Of a stretch of DNA of 64,000 bases, positions 56,642 through 64,000 are shown in pieces (within the stretch, counting starts at the first letter, position 1; the number at the start of each line of letters is the position of its first letter). The stretch is taken from the IMG/VR virus record IMGVR_UViG_3300021178_000001, positions 50,256 through 114,255 of that record. One strand, given 5' to 3'. A program made the position numbers and the translations under genes. The notes under the pieces are model-generated. The model did no database searches, had not been told where the DNA came from, and was given only the letters and a program-made list of their open reading frames with translations. The DNA comes from a virus.

Positions 56642-57424
56642 ATGCCAGACACAGACTACAAGGGTGGGTTACCAGTTAAGTCGGAGATAGACGGCATAGA
56701 CGAACGCGTCCACGTTAAGATCGTGGACGGTACGGTAAGTCCCGCTGTAAACCAAGTCAAGGTGGACTCCGACAACTCTCTGAAGATTCTGAACACCGGG
56801 CACGATCCGGGAGGCGTGAATCGGATAGTTCGTACTTCAGAACTAGGAGCCATAACTCCTGACGGTGTCTACGACGCCACGAACAACACGAAGCCTGGAA
56901 ATCTAGGAGTAGTCGCCAGTTCTAGAACCGCGACTCCCAGTGACTCCACTCAGACTAACCGCGTCACTTCGATCACCAACTCCAGCACGCATTCTCTGGA
57001 CGTGGCGATCCACGACTCGGCTGGTCTCGACATCACTCCCACTAACCCTCTTCCAGTCACGATCATTTCTGAGCCTTCGGGTTCGACCGACGTTCACTCT
57101 CCGCAGCAGTCTCTGGCCGTTCCCGCTGGAACTAGCGTTAACTTGGACTACGCGATCACGTCTTCTAAAACGCTAGCTCTTCGCAGCGTTATGTGTGGGT
57201 CTTCCGTCAGAGCCAGGTATGAACTCCAGTTTAGTTCGGACGGTGTTACCTTCACGAGACTGATGGTTAAGGAAAGCTCTACGGCCGAAGCTCACTTAGT
57301 GTTCGACCTCAGCATGGTCTCGAAGAAAGTTACTGGATCGGGATCCAAGATCCGAATCATAGCTAAGAACGCAGACAACCAAGCTGCCGACATCTTCGCC
57401 TTGTTCATTGGAACCGAGACCTAA
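56642..57424 (+). CDS. Virion structural protein (putative fibre/decoration)
   Basis: Thr/Ser-rich, NPLPV motif, beta-sandwich C-terminus. Confidence 0.55.
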   Translation: MPDTDYKGGLPVKSEIDGIDERVHVKIVDGTVSPAVNQVKVDSDNSLKILNTGHDPGGVNRIVRTSELGAITPDGVYDATNNTKPGNLGVVASSRTATPSDSTQTNRVTSITNSSTHSLDVAIHDSAGLDITPTNPLPVTIISEPSGSTDVHSPQQSLAVPAGTSVNLDYAITSSKTLALRSVMCGSSVRARYELQFSSDGVTFTRLMVKESSTAEAHLVFDLSMVSKKVTGSGSKIRIIAKNADNQAADIFALFIGTET

Positions 57425-57439
57425 CATTAGAGAGTTAAG

Positions 57440-60400
57440 ATGGCAGACACCGACGCAACAGAAATACAAGCTTCGGGCTCGACTAAGATCTCTGGAGCCA
57501 CGAATCCGGGCGTAGAGGACAACTACCTCGACGTGGACGTCAACAACGCCGCGAAGACTACTATTCGTGACCCTTCGACGGGAACCGGAGTCACTACGAC
57601 TACCGTTGGGGCTAAGCAAGCTATAGATATAACCCCTCAAGCTCCAGCCATCGACAACTTCACTACGGGAACCATTACTGCGTTAAATGGCACCGTACAG
57701 CTAGCCGTTCAAGGCTATAAGTCTCACGCTATCGTTTTAACTGGAACGTGGGTTGCGTCTGTAGTATTTGAAATAAGTTCCGATGGTGGAACTACCTGGA
57801 ATCTTAGTTCAATGCACTCAACATCAGGATCCTCTCTCGATCTTGGTGTTTCCGTAACGCAAATTGCAACTTCTCAAACCACCAATGGAACTTTTAAAAC
57901 AAATTCTACTGGTGGTATAACCCATATAAGAGCTAGAGCGTCTCTTTTTACTTCTGGTACCATTAACGTTAGATTGACTGAAACCGAAGGTGCGCATATG
58001 ACGCATTATGGTCAACAGAACGTTTCTCAGGTTATTGTTGTATCTACTAATAATAGCACTACTGCTAATTTAGCTGCTGGCGCTACATTTACCGGCGTAA
58101 CGGATAATTTATTAGTATTTAATTCTATTAATATAGTTTTTAAAGCTGATCAAAACTGTACGATTCAAGTTCAGCATTCTTCTGATAACGTAAATTTTGA
58201 TGTATTAGATACTTATGCAGTATTAGCTAACCTTTCAGATGTTAGAAAATTCTCAGCTGAAGGTATTTATGTAAGAGTTTCTGTTACAAATAATGGATCT
58301 TCTACTACTACATATTTAAGACTTCAAACTCGCTTTGTTCCAATTGATAATCCTATTGCTAGGATTTCATTCCCCTTTCCTAATGGAGAAACTAGAGTTC
58401 AAACTGAAGCTAAACAGCTTTTCGATGACACCTATGATACTGGATTAGACACTACCAATCGATGGGTGACTCCAGTAGCAGCGGGCGGTGGGGTTGCCGC
58501 AAGTACTAATACTCCTGGCGATACTGCATTAGGTACTGGTACTACTGCTAATGGTTATAGCATATTGACTAGTATGATAACTTTTCCTCAACAAGCTCCT
58601 GGCTGGCTTGTACTGATGAATGCTGTTAATCTAGAATCTCCAATTATAGCAAATTCCTATAGATTTTGGGGATTTGGTTCTACTCCAGGGACTCCTACTG
58701 CAACTGCTCCATTAACAGATGCTGTTGGATATGAAATTGCTACCAATGGTAAAATGTATGCTATTTCTTATTCTGGCGGAAGTCGAAATATAATCCAGGA
58801 TTTAAGTGCTTCTACTGGAAACTCTACTCAGCCTACGGATACTTTAACTCATAAATATTTTATATACTTCAGAGGCGATCAAGCATATTGGTCTATAGAT
58901 AAAGAAATTAATATAGTTGCAACTATGTTAACTGGGGCTCCTGGTCCTATAGTCAATAAATTACCTATAAAAATGCTGGCAATTGCAGGGTCTACACCTC
59001 CTCTTAGTAGTGCAGTTTTACAAAGTAATGCTATTTTTATTGGAGATACTTCTGGATCTTCTTCTACTATAAGCGATGGAACTTTTGCTTGGAGAAAAGC
59101 TACGGTAGATTCTAGTGGCAATCTAGCTGTTAAAGATGCTGCTGATGGAACTGTTGGGGTTGCCGCTCCTACTATAGCTACTCAAGTTGGCGGAACTAAT
59201 CTATTAACTGGTAAATTACAAGACATAAATGTTGATGCCAATGGTAATCAATATGCGGTTCTGACTTCTCCCAATGGAGTTCCTGCTGGTTTATTTGCAC
59301 ATTTTAATCCAGCGGGAAGTTTAAACGTCTCTAGTGATAGTAGTGCTATTTTTAGTGATCCATTCGATGGCGGAACTTTAGATACTACAAATCATTGGAA
59401 TCCAACCACTACAGCCGGTGGTGCGACTATTACAGTTCCTGGTCAGGGCGAATTAGTTTTCACAGTGGGAACTACTGCTAGCGCAAAAGCTATTCTATCT
59501 TCTCAACCGACTTTCATTGAAATTGGCATTAACTTCGCTGTTTTTGGTTTTATTATTCAAACTGAAGCAGCTCCTTTAGCGAACGTAGAAAGATTTTGGG
59601 GTCAAGGAACCACTGGAACTAGCTATGCCTCTCCACTAACCGATGCAGTGGGATTTGAGTTAGTAGGTAGCGTTTTACAAGCTGTAGTTTACGCTTCAGG
59701 AACTAAGGTATTTAGTCAAACTATTACTGCTAACCTAGATGGCGCAGATCATAGATATGCAGTAGAAACTGGTCAAGGTGAAGTATTTTGGTATATAGAT
59801 AATTTCACGACTAGTTTTGAATTACCAGTAGCTTTTACCTCAATACGTCCTAATACAGAAACTCTTCCTATTCTTATTCAGTCGTATAATAATAGCACCC
59901 CCCCATTATCCGGGCCTACTTTTAACTGCAATGGAGTTGCTGTATCTGATAGTGGACCTAATAGTACTAGCATTGGAGATGGTACTTATAGATGGAGAAA
60001 GGCCACAGTTAAGACCTTTGGCGCTCCATCATTAACTTCAGATACTGAGTTAATTGTTAGAGCTATTCCGACAGACAGCTCTAAACAAACTTATAGCGCT
60101 GCATTCACTAACGTTGCTTCTGCTTCGGCAGCTACTGATATCTTTTCATTAACCGGAAGCGCTACAAAAGTCATAAGAGTTAATAAAATTACGTTAAGTG
60201 GAACAGATACTTCTATTACTAATGACAATTTCTTACTATTAAAAAGATCTACTGCAAATTCTTCAGGAACTTCTACTACTGCAACTAACGTCCCTCATGA
60301 TTCATTAAATGCTGCTGGAACTGCTACCTTTAAAGGATATACGGCAAATCCGACACTAGGAACTTTAGTTGGTGTTATGGTTTCCGACAAGTTGCTCGTA

Positions 60401-60574
60401 TCTCCAAGTTCTGGGGGAAATACTAATTCTAGCACTCGTGATTATAATTTCGGAGTGAACAATAATCAATGTATAGTTTTACGTGGAATTAATGAAATCT
60501 TTTCTGTAAACCTGAATGCTCAAACAATCTCAGGCGGAAGCTTTAGTTGTTGTATAACTTGGACAGAAGAATAA
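57440..60574 (+). CDS. Large fibre/receptor-binding-like protein with an internally duplicated domain
   Basis: 1044 aa, Thr/Ser/Gly-rich; F.D..D...LDTTN.W and I.DGT..WRKATV each occur twice. Confidence 0.65.
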   Translation: MADTDATEIQASGSTKISGATNPGVEDNYLDVDVNNAAKTTIRDPSTGTGVTTTTVGAKQAIDITPQAPAIDNFTTGTITALNGTVQLAVQGYKSHAIVLTGTWVASVVFEISSDGGTTWNLSSMHSTSGSSLDLGVSVTQIATSQTTNGTFKTNSTGGITHIRARASLFTSGTINVRLTETEGAHMTHYGQQNVSQVIVVSTNNSTTANLAAGATFTGVTDNLLVFNSINIVFKADQNCTIQVQHSSDNVNFDVLDTYAVLANLSDVRKFSAEGIYVRVSVTNNGSSTTTYLRLQTRFVPIDNPIARISFPFPNGETRVQTEAKQLFDDTYDTGLDTTNRWVTPVAAGGGVAASTNTPGDTALGTGTTANGYSILTSMITFPQQAPGWLVLMNAVNLESPIIANSYRFWGFGSTPGTPTATAPLTDAVGYEIATNGKMYAISYSGGSRNIIQDLSASTGNSTQPTDTLTHKYFIYFRGDQAYWSIDKEINIVATMLTGAPGPIVNKLPIKMLAIAGSTPPLSSAVLQSNAIFIGDTSGSSSTISDGTFAWRKATVDSSGNLAVKDAADGTVGVAAPTIATQVGGTNLLTGKLQDINVDANGNQYAVLTSPNGVPAGLFAHFNPAGSLNVSSDSSAIFSDPFDGGTLDTTNHWNPTTTAGGATITVPGQGELVFTVGTTASAKAILSSQPTFIEIGINFAVFGFIIQTEAAPLANVERFWGQGTTGTSYASPLTDAVGFELVGSVLQAVVYASGTKVFSQTITANLDGADHRYAVETGQGEVFWYIDNFTTSFELPVAFTSIRPNTETLPILIQSYNNSTPPLSGPTFNCNGVAVSDSGPNSTSIGDGTYRWRKATVKTFGAPSLTSDTELIVRAIPTDSSKQTYSAAFTNVASASAATDIFSLTGSATKVIRVNKITLSGTDTSITNDNFLLLKRSTANSSGTSTTATNVPHDSLNAAGTATFKGYTANPTLGTLVGVMVSDKLLVSPSSGGNTNSSTRDYNFGVNNNQCIVLRGINEIFSVNLNAQTISGGSFSCCITWTEE

Positions 60575-60577
60575 TTT

Positions 60578-61255
60578 ATGAGACTTAACTGGACAGATTT
60601 TAAATCTTTTGTTTCTCAAAGAAATAGTTCTATTCAATGCGTAGAAATGCCTACTATGTATTGGTTACATGCTTTTAGTCAACCGTATAACGCAGAGTGC
60701 TTTGTTCTCAAAGATGGTAGAGATGATCAAACTGATTTTGAGACGAATTTTAAATCTTCTGCTAATCAACCAATATCATCGGTGGTAACTACTCAATATG
60801 AACTTAATGATAAAACTCTTAAATTAGCCTGTTTGATGGGTTCGTATGATGTAATAACTAATCTAGCAGTATTACAAATGCAAGTTCCAGGAACCTTTAC
60901 CGGTGTTGACCCAAATTCGTGCGACGGTCGTTTCGTGGCTGGTGGATACGCATTCTCTGATGCTTATAAATTTGGAGATAGAGCGGTTAAAATTGAAGTA
61001 GTTGACGTAGATAATCTATTTGGTATGGGCGCTAATACAGTGGTTAAAACTTATACTGATCAAGATGTAGACGCATCTAACTCTGGCTGGTATTTATACG
61101 CTTCTCCATCTGGTCAGGGAGAAGTTGAAATTGATCCAATTGGCGGTTATGGATTTTTACCTGCAGGTCTTTATTTAAGAATTACATTTGAACGAGTAGC
61201 TGGAAGCCCAGCGACCTCAGTTATAGCAAATCTTTGGTGGGGTAAAAGAGAATGA
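60578..61255 (+). CDS. Hypothetical structural protein
   Basis: Follows the fibre gene with the same AT-rich composition. Confidence 0.55.
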   Translation: MRLNWTDFKSFVSQRNSSIQCVEMPTMYWLHAFSQPYNAECFVLKDGRDDQTDFETNFKSSANQPISSVVTTQYELNDKTLKLACLMGSYDVITNLAVLQMQVPGTFTGVDPNSCDGRFVAGGYAFSDAYKFGDRAVKIEVVDVDNLFGMGANTVVKTYTDQDVDASNSGWYLYASPSGQGEVEIDPIGGYGFLPAGLYLRITFERVAGSPATSVIANLWWGKRE

Positions 61256-61803
61256 TTGATATTCAAGTTGGCGACTTAGTATTTTCAGGTCGCAGAGGCA
61301 ACAATTTCTATTCTCAAGGAGTCAAGTGGTTCACGGGATCTAAATGGTCTCATTGTTTCTTCATTATGACCGACGTAGCAGGAGAGCGCGCCGTTCTCGA
61401 AGCCGACATGCACTGTCAAGTCGTTCCTTGGAACCGCGAGTACGTGCTGCAGAACGACGACTACTACGAAGTTTACAGGCCCATAAAAGACACCGACGTC
61501 GACAAAGCCGCCGCCGCTGACGCAACCTACAAAGAGTGTTCGGGCGAGATCTACGGATACACCCAGATCATTTGGTTCGTGTGGGACGCAATGTGCAAAA
61601 AATTAGGATTGAACTCAGGAAGACAATGGTTTCCTAATGGTATAGTATGTTCCGGTGTTCAAGACAAGTACGCCCAAAGGTTGCCGATTTCCAGCAAGGC
61701 GTTCTCCCAGTTGACCGTAGTTAACCGAGTAACTCCCCAAGAGATGTACGTGCCGGTTGTAACGCGCCCAGAACTGTTCAAGTTAGTTGGAAAACGAGAC
61801 TAA
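61252..61803 (+). CDS. Permuted papain-like (YaeF/YiiX, C92) enzyme
   Basis: GDLVF, WSH, Y.Y, CS in permuted order. Confidence 0.75.
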   Translation: MIDIQVGDLVFSGRRGNNFYSQGVKWFTGSKWSHCFFIMTDVAGERAVLEADMHCQVVPWNREYVLQNDDYYEVYRPIKDTDVDKAAAADATYKECSGEIYGYTQIIWFVWDAMCKKLGLNSGRQWFPNGIVCSGVQDKYAQRLPISSKAFSQLTVVNRVTPQEMYVPVVTRPELFKLVGKRD

Positions 61804-61888
61804 AATTAACTATTTTGATACAATTGAGTGATCAGACCCATCGATTTTGTTTATAAAAATTTATAATGATTACAATAGGTTATCTAAT

Positions 61889-62185
61889 ATGCCAAAGAGC
61901 GAAGTCATGATTCTGCAAGCGTTGTCGAAGTTTGAACAAAGGTTCGACAAAGTAGACTCTCGACTCGACTCTATCGAAAAGGTTCAGATCAAGCAAGAAG
62001 CTAATCTCGGCGAACACATCCGCCGCACGGAGTTGGCCGAAGAGAACTTAGTGATCTTGAGAAACGACTTCAAACCCATACAAAAGCACGTCATCTACGT
62101 CGAAGGGTTCCTCAAGGGTTTAGGTATTTTAGCCATGGTGGTTACCCTCGTCAAAGGGGTAATGGCCATCCTCCCCCATTTATAA
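61889..62185 (+). CDS. Holin-like/XhlA-like membrane protein
   Basis: Coiled coil plus a single C-terminal TM segment. Confidence 0.5.
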   Translation: MPKSEVMILQALSKFEQRFDKVDSRLDSIEKVQIKQEANLGEHIRRTELAEENLVILRNDFKPIQKHVIYVEGFLKGLGILAMVVTLVKGVMAILPHL

Positions 62186-62251
62186 AGTTAAGTTTTATCA
62201 GCGAGTCCAGTTCTTGATATAATTGAGTCAAGACTTTTCGAGGGACTTGCC

Positions 62252-62638
62252 ATGATCCAAGCCAAGTTAATCAACAGCGACGCCGAACTAAACGACTTCT
62301 TTTTGCTGGAAGCGGTCGAGTTCATTCCGGGTCAAAACCTGACTTTAGCCGTTCAGCTGTTCAACTCTCAGCTGAACGTTCGGTACATTCCGCCCTCCGC
62401 AGCCACGATGACGATGAGCTTCATCGACTCCAGCGGCAACGCTTTCGTGAAGACAGCCACCGTCATCGACGCGAACGACCGCTCTATGTGGAGCGTGGCT
62501 CTGAGTCAAGTGGAGACGTCCACTCTGGCTGGTCAAAACATCATCGTCACTTTAGACGTGAACGGCGACGGGACCGTGATCTTCAAGGCGTTGGTAGAAA
62601 ACGGAGTGATCCGAATCAACTTGAGCGGAGACTGCTAG
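62252..62638 (+). CDS. Hypothetical virion protein
   Basis: TGATATAAT at 62215 and GAGGG RBS. Confidence 0.6.
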   Translation: MIQAKLINSDAELNDFFLLEAVEFIPGQNLTLAVQLFNSQLNVRYIPPSAATMTMSFIDSSGNAFVKTATVIDANDRSMWSVALSQVETSTLAGQNIIVTLDVNGDGTVIFKALVENGVIRINLSGDC

Positions 62639-62640
62639 TC

Positions 62641-63191
62641 GTGAAAAAGAGTTGTTCTATATGTAAAGTGGAGAAAGATCCCAGTCACTTTTATAAGAAG
62701 ACTGAGCACACTGATGGGTTGGATTCACGCTGTAAATGTTGTGAACGAAGTAGAAAAACGAAATCTTATATTATACGCGGAGACACGATACGACGCCAAA
62801 CTCTTGAATATTATAGAAAGAATAAAGACGCTCTTTATATTAGTAGGAAAAAGAGGTTCGACGAACGTATAAAGACTGATTTAGGATTTAAATTACAAAA
62901 ACGATTAAGAACTAGACTTTGGCACGCCTTAAAATCAAATCAAAAAAGCGGATCTGCGGTGCGTGACTTGGGGTGTTCTATTGCAGAATTAAAACTTTAT
63001 TTAGAATCAAAATTTAAACCTGGGATGTCGTGGGATAACTATGGCATATTGATCATATGAAACCACTTAGTAAATTTGATTTAACAATTGCTGACCAATT
63101 GAAAGAAGCCGTTCACTTTTCAAACTTGCAACCACTTTGGGCGAAAGATAACTTGAAGAAGTACTGTAATGAGGAGATTGTATGTCTGTAA
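62641..63191 (+). pseudogene. Frameshifted HNH endonuclease (family A)
   Basis: Frame breaks at 63041-63046; WHIDHMKPL...NLQPLWAKDNLKK continues in another frame to TAA 63191. Confidence 0.85.
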
Positions 63192-64000
63192 GTGGAGGGA
63201 GCGACGGGCTCGTTCTTGATAATACGTATAACCGTAAAGGTGAGCCGATCATCGACGTGGCTAAGCTCAAGTCTACTTACTTATTCGGCGTTATCGTGCG
63301 CAACCGCGAGACGAACGAGAACTTGTCGGACGACGCATACCAACAGTTCATCGACAACGCCGTCTCGATGTTGGAGCACTACCTCGACATCTCCATTTCT
63401 CCCGTAAATAATTTCATCGAGTACAAGGATTATCGAATCAACGATTATGCCGACTGGGGATATTTCCAGTGCAACAACTACCCCGTGAGAGCCATAAGGT
63501 CCGTGCAACTAGTATACTTCAGGGACGAGAACGGAAACCCCCAAGTAGTTCAAACGATTCCAAATAACTGGTTGCGGTTGCAAGCTCACGACGGCATCTT
63601 CAGGATGATCCCAAACGCTAGATTTCCCGCGAATTTACAGATTTCTCAGACTGGTGCGTATTTTCCCGAGATCTTGCGCTCGCAGTTCGTGCCTCACTTG
63701 TGGCAAGTCACGTACGACTACGGTTTTGAACCTGGATGCGTCCCAGTGCTCCTGAATCAAGCTATAGGAACTATAGCAGCTATCCAAGCTCTGATCGTCG
63801 GCGGTCACTTGATCTTAGGCGCTGGTATCGCAGCGACCAGCATCAGTTTGGATGGGTTAAGTCAAAGTATCCAAACGACACAATCTGCGGAAAATTCAGG
63901 ATATAGCGCCGTCATCAAGGATTATTCTGACAAAATGTTTGGAAAAACTAAGGATGACCCTTATTCTATCTTATCGATATTAAAGAGCTATTACAAAGGT
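63182..64000 (+). CDS. Head-tail adaptor/neck protein, SPO1/Twort-like (partial; not in ORF track)
   Basis: GAGGAG RBS; reads ...TYLFG...ILGAGIAATSISLDGLSQSIQTTQSAENSGYSA...; open to window end. Confidence 0.8.
   Translation, partial: MSVSGGSDGLVLDNTYNRKGEPIIDVAKLKSTYLFGVIVRNRETNENLSDDAYQQFIDNAVSMLEHYLDISISPVNNFIEYKDYRINDYADWGYFQCNNYPVRAIRSVQLVYFRDENGNPQVVQTIPNNWLRLQAHDGIFRMIPNARFPANLQISQTGAYFPEILRSQFVPHLWQVTYDYGFEPGCVPVLLNQAIGTIAAIQALIVGGHLILGAGIAATSISLDGLSQSIQTTQSAENSGYSAVIKDYSDKMFGKTKDDPYSILSILKSYYKG

Noticed and set aside
57440-60574. Diversity-generating retroelement target or invertible fibre cassette
   Set aside because: No reverse transcriptase, invertase or near-identical nucleotide repeat pair; the duplication is diverged and visible mainly at protein level
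875-63508. Many antisense or alternate-frame ORFs in the track (e.g. 1084-1491, 20384-20863, 40179-40748, 50116-50628, 63192-63407)
   Set aside because: They shadow well-supported genes and show no recognisable motifs
1-64000. Stop-codon reassignment
   Set aside because: Conserved genes are full length in the standard code, and TAA, TGA and TAG all end genes
1-64000. Apparent abundance of TCGA, CTAG and GTCGAC palindromes as a sign of modified DNA
   Set aside because: Impression only and could follow from codon usage; needs a Markov-corrected k-mer count that could not be run

Overview
All 64 kb is dsDNA tailed-phage sequence in the standard genetic code, most likely part of a large myovirus. 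Its head module resembles that of SPO1/Twort-type phages: terminase, portal, prohead protease, scaffold, major capsid, adaptor. In order it holds: (1) 1-3.1 kb, end of a tail/fibre module and an M15A endolysin; (2) 3.1-9.7 kb, a minus-strand block with small lipoproteins, a 3'-5' exonuclease, ThyX, an HD hydrolase and an SF2 helicase; (3) 10-33 kb, a replication block with GroEL, class II RNR, a nuclease-dCMP deaminase fusion, a T5 A1-like protein, primase-helicase, PolA, dNMP kinase, UvsY/RecA, Mre11/Rad50 and RuvC; (4) 33-50 kb, a packaging/head block interrupted by a trigger-factor-like/GroES/ClpP/Cas4/ClpP-like operon and by three antisense HNH paralogues; (5) ligase, a minimal UDG and a complete tmRNA gene (54595-55003); (6) further virion proteins. 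The best candidate for an undescribed system is a phage-encoded protein quality-control pathway: tmRNA, ClpP, GroEL, GroES and a trigger-factor FKBP domain. The tmRNA has an unusually long, internally duplicated 24-aa tag resembling a ClpX-tethering adaptor tail. Also notable are about 10 free-standing homing-type nucleases (two fused to enzymes, three in tandem, one frameshifted) and a recurring -10 box placed 6-7 nt before the ATG, suggesting leaderless mRNAs. All calls come from motif recognition by eye; no database searches were run.
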